From positions 43,424,001 through 43,488,000 of the forward strand of contig CP068257.2 of assembly GCA_009914755.4 (NCBI GenBank): a stretch of 64,000 bases of DNA, read 5' to 3'. Positions 1 through 12,910 of this stretch are shown here, in pieces. Every line of letters begins with the position of its first letter. Within the stretch, counting starts at the first letter, position 1. Made by a program: the position numbers and the translations under genes. Under the pieces are notes generated by a model. The model was not told the DNA's origin. It saw only the letters and a list, made by a program, of their open reading frames with translations, and did no database searches. This stretch comes from the human T2T-CHM13v2.0 reference genome, Homo sapiens.

Positions 1-780
1 TGACATACAGATTGAAGAGGAAAAAGCAAATCTGTGTAGATTCATAACCAATATGATTATAAATGTAGATGCAGAAAATCCCAAAGAAGCTACAAAAAAG
101 CACTAGAATTAGTAAGTGAATACAGCAAGGCCAAAGGGTATACAATCAATTACCAGATCCATTGCTTTCCTATACATTAGCAAGAAACAACTGGAAAATT
201 AAAATTTAAAATACCACTCAGACTAGCAATAAAAAACACAATATTTAGGAATGAATTTAACGGAAAGTTTTTGTGATGGTTCATTTTAGGTGTCAACTTG
301 ACTGGATTAAGAAATACCTAGAAACTTGATAAAGCGTTATTTTGGGGTGTGTCTGTGAGGTGTTTCCAGAGGAGATTAGTGTGAGTCTGAGTGGACTAGT
401 GGGTGAGATTCGCCCTCAGTGTGGACAGCACCATCCAGTTGTTGGGGCCCTGGAGAGAACAGAGACAGAGAAAAGGTGAATGTATGGAGCTCCCTGCTGG
501 AGCTGGGACACACTCATCCTCTCCTGCCCTTGGACAACAAGGCCAGCCTCCCTAGCCTTTGGTGCCAGGGCTTTCATCCCCTGCCTCTGGGTTCCCAGGC
601 CTTTGACCTTGAACTGAGACTTCTACCATCAGGTTGCCTGGCTCTGGGGCTTTTAGACTTGGACCGAGCCACACTCCCAGCACCCTAGGGTCTCTAGCTT
701 GCAGATGGCCTGTAGTGGGACTCCTCAGGCCCCACAGTCATGTGAATCAATTCCCCTAATAAATCCCCTCTCAACTGTCT

Positions 781-850
781 ATCTACCTGTCTGCCTGTCT
801 GTCTCTCTGTCTCTCCCTCTCTCCATCTACCCATCTATCCACCCATCCTA
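781..850. repeat. CT-rich polypyrimidine/(TCTN)n-like simple repeat
   Basis: Run of ctgtct/ctctct/catcta units directly visible in the sequence. Confidence 0.8.
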
Positions 851-954
851 TTGGTTCCGTTTCTCTGGAGAAACCTAACACAGATGTGCAGGACCTTTAC
901 CCTGAAAACTGCAAAACACAGCTGGGAGAAATTAAAGACAACCTAAACAAATTG

Positions 955-1115
955 TGAGTGTTATGGTCTAAATGTTTCTGTCCCCCTAAAACTCATATGT
1001 TGAAGTTCTGACTCCCAAGGTGATGGTTTTTGGAGGTGAGGCCTTTTGGGAGGTGGTGTGGTCATAAGGGTGGAGTCCTCATGATGGGATTAATTTCCTT
1101 ATAAAAGACACTGTA
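955..1115 (+). mobile_element. MaLR-type LTR (MLT1/MST-like), 5' part, interrupted by Alu
   Basis: Matches remembered MaLR LTR consensus motifs ('tgttatggt..aaatgt..cccc', 'ggtgg..tgggaggtg..ggtcat.agggtggagtcctcatgatgggattaat..ccttataaaag'); continues after the Alu. Confidence 0.6.
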
Positions 1116-1796
<681 letters not shown>

Positions 1797-2099
1797 GGTA
1801 TACCATGATCATGGATTGGAGGATTCAGTACTAGGAAGCTGTCCATACTTCCTGAAATATCAATATTATTCTAATAGAAATTCCAGCAGGCTTTGTTGTA
1901 GAAATTGACCAGCTGATCCTAAAAGTTTAATGGAAAGGCAAAGAACTTGGAAGGGGGCAAACAATCCTGCACACAGCCTACAGGAATGACACCAGCTTCT
2001 TTTCCTTAAGCTATAGGATGCAAGACAATGTGGTGTCTGTGGGAAGCAAAACAAATAGATCAATGGAACAGAATAAAGAGTCAAGAAATAGACCCACTA

Positions 2100-2392
2100 A
2101 GCCCTGGTGCAGTGGCTCACACCTGTAATCCCAATACCTTGGGAGGCCAAGGTGGGAAGATCACTTAAACCCAGGAGTTTGACACCAGCCTGGGCAACAT
2201 AGGGAGACCCTGTCTCTACAAAAAGTAAAAATGAAAAAATTAGCTGGGTGTGGTGTTGCACACCTGTGGTCTCAAGCTACTGCAGAGGCTGGGGTGGGAG
2301 GATTGCTTGAGTGGGGAGGTGGAGTCCCCAGTGAGCCATGGTTGTGCCACTGCACTCCAGCCTGGGCAACGGAGTGAAACCCCGTCACAAAA
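2100..2392 (+). mobile_element. Alu (older, AluS/J-like)
   Basis: gccctggtgcagtggctcacacctgtaatccc...gccactgcactccagcctgggcaacggagtgaaacc; diverged, no clean A-tail. Confidence 0.88.
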
Positions 2393-2519
2393 TACCGAAA
2401 GAATTAGTTGTTGTAACGGAGGCTAATATGCTGGTGGGAGTGAGCTCAGGTGAGCGCGCCCCTTCCATAGTCACCCCAGTGTCCACCGCACACATCCTTC
2501 AGGCAGTGGAAGGGGTGGA

Positions 2520-2582
2520 AGTGCCCCTCCCCTTCCTCCTACCCTCCCACCCTTCTTCTTCCTCTCCCTCCCCCTCCTTCTG
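2520..2582. repeat. Polypyrimidine (C/T) tract
   Basis: cccctccccttcctcctaccctcccacccttcttcttcctctccctccccctccttc. Confidence 0.8.
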
Positions 2583-3519
2583 TTGTGTTTTACAGATACA
2601 TGAGGGGTGGGGCCTGGGGCCTAAGCACTGGAATCCTCATGGAGAGGCTTCCCTGGAGTCCTTAGCTGCAGAGTGGTGGGCATATCTGATGCCCTTATTC
2701 AGATCTACCCACTGCGATATGTGTGAAGTGCTGAAGCTTTAATAAATAAAACGCAGGAGGGCTTGAGAAAGGCTCTGGGTATGGTGCACACAACCAGCTC
2801 ATGCTCAGGGGATCGGGAAGGGGGTTCACCAAGCGCCCATGGAGACTGCATGCACTTATTTAATGAGCAACAAAGACATTACCAGACAGTCAAGGAAAAA
2901 CATGTGTTTTTCCACTTTGGGAAATAGTCAAACTTTCATATTCCACCAAAAATAGAAGTGGAATTCTAGAAAACAAAAATAGGTGGGCTTATACTTGTAT
3001 GCCATTCAAGCAAACCCGCATAGACTATGACTGCTCTCATCTCTCTGGAATGTGTGCTGTGTTCCCAGGAGGTCCGGGAAGGAGCCAGGACAAGAGGGAG
3101 CCTGGGACCTGTTCCTGGGCCTGAACTCCTGCGGCCACCAGGGTCCCTCCTGGTTCTCGTGGGGCCATCTGGGGTTGCACCCCTCCAGATGTGCTCTCCC
3201 TCCCCTCCGTCCCCTGAGGCGTTGATGACCGGCGGGAGACCCTTGCCCCTGAAAAGAGACTGGCCGAAGAACTGATGAATAGCTCCATCACCAATCTCCA
3301 CGGTGGCCCGCACAGGACGGCAGAGACTTTTCTCCTCGAAGACCCTAGGCTGCTGGCAAACACTGAGCACTGCACCGCACGGTGGAGGGTGCTGGGGAGG
3401 GGCGAGCCTCTGAACCTCAGTGCAGGCGGGAACAGTGCCTCACATTTCTGTGGCTGATGGAATATTTAATGCTTAGTTTATACTTTCTTTTTACACGGTT
3501 TGCTTGAGGCATATTTTGT

Positions 3520-3650
3520 TGACTCATGACTTTACAGATAACTTCTCTGATGAGACTGAAGCCCAAGGAAGGGACCAATGTCCAGTAAGTGACCTGGTCT
3601 TACATCAACCAGAGCTGCTTCCATGCACTCAATAGAAAATGAGGCCCGAA
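3520..3650 (-). mobile_element. MIR-like SINE fragment
   Basis: 'tttacagataa...ctgatgagactgaagcccaaggaagggacc..tgtccagtaagtgacc' resembles reverse-complement MIR core (ttttacagatgaggaaactgaggc...aaggtcacacagctagtaagtggc). Confidence 0.4.
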
Positions 3651-4029
3651 GCCTCTCATCTGCTAGGCAGGGCCAGGCCACAGCAGCCCCCCATGGCCAG
3701 GACGCAGTTGGGGAGGGGGGCCAGGTCACAGCAGTCAGCAATGCCCCGTACCCAGGCCACAGACTCCCAACCACCCAGGCCACAGGAGACCCCCACTACC
3801 CCCAAGTCAAGCCACAAAAGTACCCCCCCCCCATGCCTTAGGCCTCAGCAGGGCCAGGTGGAGCCCTGAGGTCTGGGCTTCTTCACCATTTTCCTTGTTT
3901 CTTCCACTCCTTGTCCTTGAAGCAAGGGGGTGGGCAAGCAGAGAGGGGGATTTGCTAGAAGGATCCTGGGGTATCTCCCGGGCTTTTTCCAAGTTGGGCT
4001 TTTTCCAGAAATGCAAGGTTGGTATAACA

Positions 4030-6150
4030 TTTAAACTTTAATCAACTTAATTCATCATATTAATGTAATGAAGCAGAAAAATCATACTATCATCTCAATA
4101 AATGCAGAAGAAAGAATGTGATAAAACTCAGCATGCATTCAGGAAAAGAAACTCTTAGCAAAGTGGAGATAGAAGTGAGCTTCCTTGATCTCATCGGGGG
4201 CATCTATATTTAAAAATCCTACCACAGATCTCACACTTATTAGTGAAATATTGAAAGCGTCCCCCCTGAGGTCAGGAAAAAAATAAGGATGCTCACCACT
4301 AACACTTCTTTTCAGCAGCAGCTGGTGAGGTAAGCCAAGAAGAAAGCAATAAAGGATAAAATGATCAGAAAGGAAAAAATGAAAAAGTCATTATTCACAA
4401 ACAAAATGATACGTATATAAGAAACCCAATAGAATCTACAGATAACTATTGAAATTATTAAGTGAATCTGGAAAGACTGCTGGTACAAGGTCAATACACA
4501 AAGATCAACTGCATTCTAAATAAACCAGAAACCAGTGGTCAGAAAATAAAAATAGGGAACATTTTAAATGATCATCCAATGCACCAAATGTCTGCGAATA
4601 AATCTAATGGACTATGTATGTAATATCTACACAGAAGACTAGAAGATAATGAGAGCAACTGGAGAATATTTAAATCAATGTAGGGCTAAACGTGAACTGG
4701 AGCACTCAATATTGTGAGAATATCCGTTCTCGCCAAATTGATCTATAGCTTCAATGAAATTCTAATAAAAATTCTAGCAGAATATTTTGAGGAAATTTAT
4801 AAGCCAATTCAAAGATTTAAATGGAAATGCAAAATACCAAGTATAACCAAGAAAATTTTGAAAAACAGAAAAACTGCAAGGTGATTCTACGGTGTCAAAA
4901 GAAGACTCATGAGAAAGCTTCAGTAATTAGGACAGGAAACAGCAGTTCAAGGCCAGTCCTCAGCACCTAACAAAATAGTTCAGAAAAAAGCAACAACCCA
5001 TGCCTATATGGATGCTGAATTCACAACAAAGCTACTGCAGCAGAGCAGCAGGGAGAAGGGAAATCATGTCAGTAAATGGTGCTAGGTCAACTGGGCACCA
5101 AACACAGACAACAGTTATGGACTGACTCTGAACCCCTACCTCACATTGTACAGAAAAACAATTCCTGGTGAATTGTCCTCTAAATTTGAAAATTGAAACA
5201 ATAAACCTTCCAGAAGATAACAGAAGCATTCCTTCATGACCATGGAGTAGTTGAGTTTTCTAAACAGGAAACAAAAAAACCCTAACCGTAGAAAAAAACG
5301 GTAGATAAATTGGATCACATTGAAATTAAGAACTCCTGTATAACAAAAGACTCCACTGTGATTATGGAAATGCAAGACACAGGGTGAGAGAAGGTATTTG
5401 CAACACATATAGCTTGCCAAGAGTTTGGGTCTAGAATATATAAATAACTTCTACAAATAAATAATAAAGAAAACTTGTGGCTTCTTCACCAGAAAGGATG
5501 TGCATGTGGAAAACAAGAACATGTAAAGATGCTCAACCTCACTGGTCATTAGTGAACTACAGATTAAAGCCACTGTGAGGAACTACCACCACCCTCCAGG
5601 GTGGACAAAGTGTCAACACCAGCTGTTGATGTGGACAAGAAGCAGCCAGAAAGCTCCTCGCCTGCTGGTAGGAGTATAAAATGGCTCAACACGTTGGAAA
5701 ATCAGTGTCCCCTCTGGAGTGGACCTATGTGTCTCCTGTGACCTGGTACACAACCCAACAGAAACATACACACGTGCGCTGAGAGGTGTAAGAGAAGGTT
5801 CACAGAGGCACAGGTTGATGGATCTCATGAACACAGCGTCAAGTGGAAGAATCAAGACACGAAAGAATACATTCTGTGTGATGTCACTTATGTGAAGCAA
5901 AAACAGGCATAACCAATCTGCGGAGGTAGGAGTCAGGGTAGAGCTTATCTTTAAGGCCCAGAGGCAGCTGTGGCTATGGAGGGGCACGCCGGACACTCCG
6001 AGTTGGTCACGTTCCGCTGCTCGCCCTGGTGGAGGTTTCACAGCTGTGTCCACTTTGGGCTAATGTGTTGAGATGTACATTTATGATATGGATACTTTTT
6101 GGTGTATGTATTATATCTCAAAAAAGTTTGAAAATACATGATGATGGCCA
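4030..6150 (+). mobile_element. Ancient L1 (L1M/L1P-like) ORF2 C-terminal region and 3' end fragment
   Basis: Segments resembling L1 ORF2: 'cttctacaaataaataataaagaaaacttgtggcttcttcaccagaaagg' (L1: aatttacaagaaaaaaacaaacaacccc), 'gatgctcaacctcactggtcattag..aactacagattaaagccactgtgag' (L1: gaaatgcaaatcaaaaccacaatgagataccatctcacacc), 'ctgctggtaggagtataaaatggc' (L1: ctgttggtgggactgtaaactagt). Confidence 0.65.
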
Positions 6151-8120
6151 CTTTTCACACCACCGTTCATGGCTGCTGTATCCCTGAGTAGCTTGTATAG
6201 GTGACAGTCAGCCCGAGTCCCTGAGATTCCAGTTTAAAACTATCAACTGCAAGATCTTGAATATATGGTAGTTGAAAGTTTCCTAGAGAGAAGGCTTTAA
6301 ATAACCACATGAGCCATCTAATTTGTCACTAACCCAACTGTACTTAGGCTCAGCCTCCAGCCTCCATCCCCTCCAGAACAGCTCCTGGAGATTCAGCAGA
6401 GCGCGGCCTGCCCGCGCCCTCCCTCCTCCCCACTCTTGCCTGGCTTCAGTTGCTAATTACCTTTTAGCTTCTCAGGAAAGACTGCTAACATAATAATTAA
6501 GACATAACTCGGCAAAATAGAAAAAAAAATCTCCTTTTCCTGGCTCTAGTCCATTATTTTAGAGTAGTATGTTACCAGGAGCCATACTGTTTTTGCATCT
6601 GATTTATTTTAAAAATCTAGTATCATTCAAAAGAAGTTGGTGAAGCTGCTAATTTTGTTTGCTTTATATATTTATACTCATCCCACAAAGAATTTGAGGT
6701 GTTTGGTGTGTCTCTATATTCGCTTGCTCTTTTAATAATTTTTAAAAATGAGTTTCTCCTTAAGGATCATGTACTTTTTTTTAAATCTATTTTTAGTTCA
6801 TACTTTTGTTACTGTTGAACAGTATCATCTTCCAAATTACACGTTGTTTGCTGCCGATATATAGAAATCATTTTGGGGGTGTGTGCATGTGTGCCAATTT
6901 TATACCCAATAATCTTGCTGAATTTTAATTAGATCTAAGACTTTGGCTGTAGATTTAAAATTATCTGCCTACATAACCATATTTATGTCTCCCTTTCCTC
7001 TCTTTATACATGATCAAGTGAAATAATCAAGACACAAAAGAATACAACCTGTGTGAGGTATTAGCTCACTGAAGCCTCCAACCCCTGGCCTCAAGCAGTC
7101 CCCCTGCCTTGGCCTCCAGAGAAACACGCTTCCGTCTTTTCTCTCCTGCCTCGCTGGGCCTTCCCGCCTCCCACACTCCCTTCTCTCTCTATGCTCACCT
7201 CTAATGCTAGGCTGAGGCTCTTCGGGTCTGGAGCCAGGTTCCCTTCTTTCCTTTCTCCATTCTCTCTTTAGGGGATCGGTGACGTCTTCCATTTTCAAGG
7301 GTTTCAAGTGTCCGTCTCCAGCACGGCTCTCCTCTCCGGACATCAGTCTTTTGTACGTAGCTATCTTCCCAACACAGCCACTCAGACATCCTGTAGGCAT
7401 CGCAAACTTAACGCACCCAAAAGGAATGCCTGGTTTCGTCCCCCCATCCCCCGTGTCATCCCAGAGCACCATCACCCGCCAATATGTGCAAGCCAGGATC
7501 CTGGGTAAGCCCTGATGCTTCTCCTCCCCAGACCCCTCTAGTGACTCTATCACTAAGTCCTGTTGAGTCTAATTCCAAAAGCCTCTTAACTCTTTCCATT
7601 TCCACTGTCAACACCTGATGAAGGTCTTCTGCATGGAAGCCGCAGGCATGCCTGAGCTCTAGGCAGACACCGCCGGGTAAGTCAGAGCCTCCGTCCCCTC
7701 ACCGGGGTGCTGATTTGGGTTGTGTTTCTCCCACCCCCAGACAGTCTATGCACTTCGATGGCAGCTGCTCCACCTCCCAGTTCCAGAGCTAGGCCCTACT
7801 TGGCTAAACCAGGGATTGCCTTTCTCTGCAAAGGGCCAGATGGCAAAGATCTATGGCTCTACCGGCCACATAAGCCCACTGCATCTATTCTTCATAAGCC
7901 CCCACCCACCCCAACACTTTACATGTTTAATGTTCATTCTTAGCTGTTGACTGGACACCACTGGGCCCAGGCTCAGCCTGCCCACCTCTGACTTAACCAC
8001 GCAGCACATTCCCTTTCCCTGGTCTCTACAGAGTGCAAAGTGGCCTGACCAGGAGGACTCTTCTGACCAATGGTGGCAGAAGCCTCCTCTCTTCTCTGAC
8101 TTCATGTGCCATGGAAGTGC

Positions 8121-8264
8121 TTTTTCCTCTGCCACAGGCACTCCTGCTGTCAATGCCTTCTCATCCTCCAAGGCTCAATGCAGCTTCCTGCATTTTTCCT
8201 CTGCCACAGGCATTCCCGCCGTCAGTGCCTTCTCATCCTCCAAGGCTCAGTGCAGCTTCCTGCA
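8121..8264. repeat. Tandem duplication, 2 x ~71 bp
   Basis: ttttcctctgccacaggcactcctgctgtcaatgccttctcatcctccaaggctcaatgcagcttcctgca repeated with ~8 substitutions. Confidence 0.9.
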
Positions 8265-11200
8265 GCTTGCTCTGACACTCCTGAGCGGTGCAGCTGCAGT
8301 GCCCTGGACTCCTGCAACCGTTCACACTCCTCTTCATTAGGAGCCTGCATTTGTACATCACCACTGGAGCTTTTCCACCCATCGTCTCCCTCTTCTGGAT
8401 GCAGAACAGGCTCAGACAGGCCAAACAACTTGGCCAGTGCTGCATGGCACAGCCAGGTCCGCACTGACTGTCACGCCTCTGTTCCTGCCCTGGACGGTGT
8501 CTCAGGTAACACACTGCACTGCTCCCTGACACCATCTCCCCACTAGAACATGAACGCCCTGAAGCAAAGACATCTTCCTGGCCACGTGTTGACCTATGCA
8601 CGTGACACTGCCTACGGCGCTGAAAGGCCATCAGTTCGTCCTCTCTCTCCTGCCCCTGTGTGTCTACCCCAGTTTTCTCTCTTCAGGCTGGCCAGTGATG
8701 GAGACCATCCTAATTGTGCTGGATTTGAACCCTTCAGGCCTAGGCACAAAGAGAGACTCACGATTGTCTCAATGCTAGCTCTAAGCACCCAGGGCCATCC
8801 TGGGAGTCAGAATCCCGCCTGAGGTCCTGGAGTGGGTTGTGGGGGGGTGTGCTGTGTGCCTGTCACAGAGCACAGACAGACTGTTCCTGCTGTGTCACTG
8901 TGGGAGTTGGGAGTTGTCCTAGAGACAGTGGCACATTGTGAGCTGGGCAGGTCTCACACATGGTATCCACCACCATGGCAGCTGCTGACTGAATGGTTTG
9001 GCAACATCTGGTTTTTGCCACTCCAGTCTCATGTCTTCTTATTTTATTTTTAAAATATAGGGCAAAAAATATTATGTCTCAAATCACGGTATCACCGAAT
9101 ATTGGTCACCTCTTATTAGCAGTTTTATGCTCCTCCTGACGTTTGAGAAACAAGGAAATCAATAATCCACTTTAGGCTACAATCTAAAAAGTACCTGTGA
9201 GTGTCCTTTCTCAAATAGATTGGGCAGAATTAAAACAAAGCAAGATTGTTTAAAGCTACATTTTTAGTTGCACACAAGGACTATAGTCAAATAGGCTTCA
9301 AAAGCACAAAGGCTGTGGTCAGTCATCAGCCCTAGGACACCAGGACCAAGACCAGGCCACAGTCTCAGCACAGCAGGTTGGCAGCTCGCTCTGTAATTGA
9401 TGAGACAGAAATCTGAGCACACGGATTGCCCTGTGTGGCTGGAAAGGGAAAGGAAGGCTGTCCTGGCCACCGCGGCCCAGGGAGGCCAGCACACCCGTGC
9501 GCAGGTCACGTGACCCACTGCTCTGATCCCACCGTTCTAGCCACAGTCTGCCAGGCCCTGGGCATGACAGGAAGGGGGTTCACAGATCAGTGGCATTTAC
9601 ACGGGTAAGCTTTGAACACTGTCTTCAACTGAAAGGCCAGTGTGTGAACAGGCCGGGCAGCTGGACCACTCCGAGGCTGGCGCCTTCCCCTCCTTTCGGG
9701 CAGTTCCCAGAAGGCTCAAGACCACAGTTTGAAATCCACTTAATCTCTCGAGTCGGCCTGGGTCTATATCCTAAGACCGTGGAAATCATTTTGTGCCACC
9801 GTATCCTGTAGGCATTGGCAGGACCAGCGTAATTTTTAGTTCTTCTCGTGGGAGACAGTCACAGGGTCATGCCATTTAACTGCACTGAAGGGAAAACGTG
9901 GGAAATGGATTTTTGGTGCTGTGTAGACCACATTTCATAGCGGTTGGCATCTCACATGCTTATGCAAAGCCTAACTCCGCACCCTGGGGCAGACAGTGGG
10001 AGCCCAGCTGGATTCCTACACTCAAGCCCTCCAGCATCAGGTTTATTTTCCAGGACACCAGAGTGATTGTTTATTCCATAATTCCCACAAAGGAGACAGT
10101 AAACAACAGAACAGAGGTGGAGCGGGCACGGAAGGCCAGGAAGTGGATGGTGGCTGCCAGCACTTCTGTGGAGACCCAGGGCCCCCCTCCAGGAGCCCCG
10201 GTGTTCAACCTCCACAGTGAACAGGGGATGGATGGCTGAGATGTCCTCGAAATTTTTTTGGACTTCCTCAGGCGACCACAGGATTCCTTCTCAAAGAGCC
10301 TGATCTCAGCAGGCACCCGAATGGGCATCCTGGTGCTTCATGCTCTACAACAGCTGGGAACGCCATGTCCTGGCCCCAGGCGACTGGAAACTGCTTTCCT
10401 CCCCGACATCAGCACCAAGGGGAATGTTCCCAGTGCCATTCTTCCAAGTCAGGGAGAGCGTCACAATAGAAACCGTCTCTGTGGAGAGGATGGCACCTGA
10501 AGCCATGGAATAGGAAGGGAGCATCAGAGGCTGCTGGCTGGTCCTGCAGAGCCGCCTGAGAGGCCTGTGGGAGCAGCAGAGGGTCCCGGCCTTGGGCGCC
10601 ATCCGCTCTCTGCTGCTCTGGAGGGAGAAAAAGGACAAGTTGAAACTTGCACAAGCAGCCTCCATTCTGGGGAGTTCCCTTGTATTCCCCACACCAACCC
10701 GCACCTCAGCGAAGGCCTGTGGAAGACTTCTGCAGTGACAGCCCCGATGAACCATGCTTGCCGTGCCCGTCCCCTGTGCGGTGCCTCACGTCCACTCAGG
10801 CCCCGGCCATCTCACCCTCCTGGGGAGATGGAGGGAAGCACCATGGGGATTTGCTTTTTCTTGCTGCCGACGGAGCCCAGCCACCACGGGAGGGAGGCCC
10901 GGCCAGCCTGCGGTGGGTGGGTGACATGTGGCCCGGATCTGCCCGGGGCGCCTGCCTGTAAGTGGGCCCAGCAGACACCCCATGGAGCCGAGGCAAGCCG
11001 TCCCAGCTGAACCGGCTTAAGCTGCAGGCCCACAGAGTCATGAGCAGTGAAGAGAGGTTTTCGCCCTCTGAGGTTTGGGGTGGCCTGTTACACAGAAATA
11101 CACACAACGTCCTCAGGCACGTATCTCTTTAAGAATGTGTCCCGAGAAGGCGTCCCAGGAGTCTTGATTTTTATTTAGCCGTCCACGGTTGCCCCTTTGG

Positions 11201-12038
11201 GTGCTTCGCCTTCAGATGGGGTGAAGGGCTCACTTGTTAGCTGGCTGGCCCCAAAGACAGGCTTGTTTTCCACCAGGCAGTGACTGAAGCCGGCAGCCTG
11301 CTGCATACCGCGGGCCTTCCCCTGACCTGTCCGGGACTGCGGGCTGGCGGCTGACACCTGCGGAGTGCTTACCGCATACCAGGCTCCCAAACTTCCATCT
11401 GTGTTCGTCTTTTAAGTTTTGTTGTTTTCCAGAGTCGGAGTCTCAGTGTTGCCCGGGCCAGAGCGCAGCGGCCATTTATAGGCGCGGACCTCGGCCTCGC
11501 ACACCACAGCTCCAGCTCTGAGACACAAGCGACCCGCACCCCCCCACCGCCCAGCCCCAGCCTCCAGACTGGCTGAGATCACAGTGTGCGCCACCCCATC
11601 CCTGGCTTGCGATGGTCTCTTACTCCCCACTTTACAAGGGAGGAAAGAGGCCGAGGGCAGAGTGGGCCGCCTGAGGTTTGGAGGCCAGGGCTAGTACAAC
11701 CTCAATTTGACCCTGGAACCTGCCGCTTCCCCCACCCAGGTGCGGGACCCACCCGCTTGTCCACACCTGGCTCTGCCCACCGCCCCCGGCTGCTCCTCTG
11801 GGCTCAGGTCGCCGCGGTCAGGAGCTGCCAAGTTTGCCTATCAAACTTTATCTTCGTGCAGAGAACTGCAGCCTGGAGCTGGTTATTCCGGTCAGTGAAA
11901 ACGTTGCATTTCTACATATGCTTATCATCATCTGTGTAAACATTTCTTGGTATAACTGTGGAACAGTCAGTAAATATAGATAAATCGAAGAGTAGGTCTA
12001 TTGCATATGCTATAAAAAAATGCTTTTACTATCAACCT

Positions 12039-12075
12039 AAAACAAACAAACAAACAAAAAAAATCAAACAAAACC
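12039..12075. repeat. (CAAA)n microsatellite
   Basis: aaacaaacaaacaaacaaaaaaaatcaaacaaaac. Confidence 0.85.
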
Positions 12076-12282
12076 ACCATCACCTAAACGTTGGTAACTG
12101 GAGCAGCTGCTAGTGTCAGTGCGGACTAAACAGGAGACGGCGGGAACCGTGTCCAGCCAGGGTCCTGGGCCGCGACCTGGTTCTCCCGGAGTCTACAGTG
12201 AGGATGACGGGCGGGGAGAGGGGGCCGGCGGGACCCGCGTGTCCCAGGCAACTCCGGGAGAGGGAGAAGCAGGGGTGGCTCG

Positions 12283-12347
12283 GCGGGGGCTCGGCGGGGG
12301 CTCGGCGGGGGCTCGGCGGGGGCTCGGCGGGGGCTCGGCGGGGGCAG
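12283..12347. repeat. Tandem 12-mer array (GGCTCGGCGGGG) x ~5.5
   Basis: ggctcggcgggggctcggcgggggctcggcgggggctcggcgggggctcggcgggggc read directly. Confidence 0.9.
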
Positions 12348-12424
12348 CGCCCGCTGCAGGGAGGAGCGCGGGGGCCCGGGAGCCTGGGCAGCACCGCGAG
12401 ACGCCACCTCCGCAAAACGCAAAC

Positions 12425-12545
12425 GCCAATCGCCGGGCGCCTGCGGTCCCAGCTACCAGGGAGGCTGAGGCGGCAGGATCGCGTGAGCTCGGAGGTCCAC
12501 CGCGCTCCAGTCTGGGCGACAGTGAGACCCCGTCCCCAAAACGAA
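12425..12545 (+). mobile_element. Alu right-arm 3' fragment embedded in CpG island
   Basis: gcgcctgcggtcccagctaccagggaggctgaggcggcaggatcgcgtgagctcggaggtccaccgcgctccagtctgggcgacagtgagaccccgtcc parallels Alu 'gcgcctgtaatcccagctactcgggaggctgaggcaggagaatcgcttgaacc...cactgcactccagcctgggcgacagagcgagactccgtctc'. Confidence 0.7.
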
Positions 12546-12875
12546 GGCGGGCAGAGTCTCCTCAGCCGCGCTCGGGCGGGCGGCGCCGCGACGCCAGGCC
12601 GGTCCCGCGCTCTCGCCCCACGCTCCGGAGCCGCCCAGCCGCGGTCTCTCAGCTCCGGCCGCGCTCCAGCCCCAACGGCCCCGCGCCCGTCCGCCGCAGG
12701 TGGTCGTGAGGGAGGTGCCACAGCTCCGGCTGCCCACGACAGACACGGGCGCCCCAGCGCGCGCACGTCCGGCGTCGCTGCGCCGCCCCCGCCCCCTCGG
12801 CGTGCGCGCGCCCGGCGGGCCGGCGGGGGCGGGGAGGGGGCGGAGCCGCCGGCGGCGGGGCTGAGGCGCTGAGGC

Positions 12876-12910
12876 GGCCGTGGCGGCGGCGGCGGCGGCG
12901 GCGGCAGCGG
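12876..12910. repeat. (GGC)n trinucleotide repeat (~11 units)
   Basis: ggcggcggcggcggcggcggcggcagcggcggcc. Confidence 0.9.

Noticed and set aside
3620-3870. Overlapping ORFs in a degenerate 'ccaggccacag…ccccc' low-complexity region
   Set aside because: Proline/Gln-rich translation of a C-rich degenerate repeat. No coding support.
5613-6053. 146-aa minus-strand ORF
   Set aside because: Lies antisense within the L1 3'-end fossil (4030-6150). Chance open frame in repeat sequence.
7014-7553. 179-aa minus-strand ORF, the longest outside the GC-rich islands
   Set aside because: Arg/Glu/Gly-rich low-complexity tail, no recognisable domain or signal, and overlapped by equally long ORFs in other frames in a GC-rich stretch. 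No splice-site or promoter context supports it.
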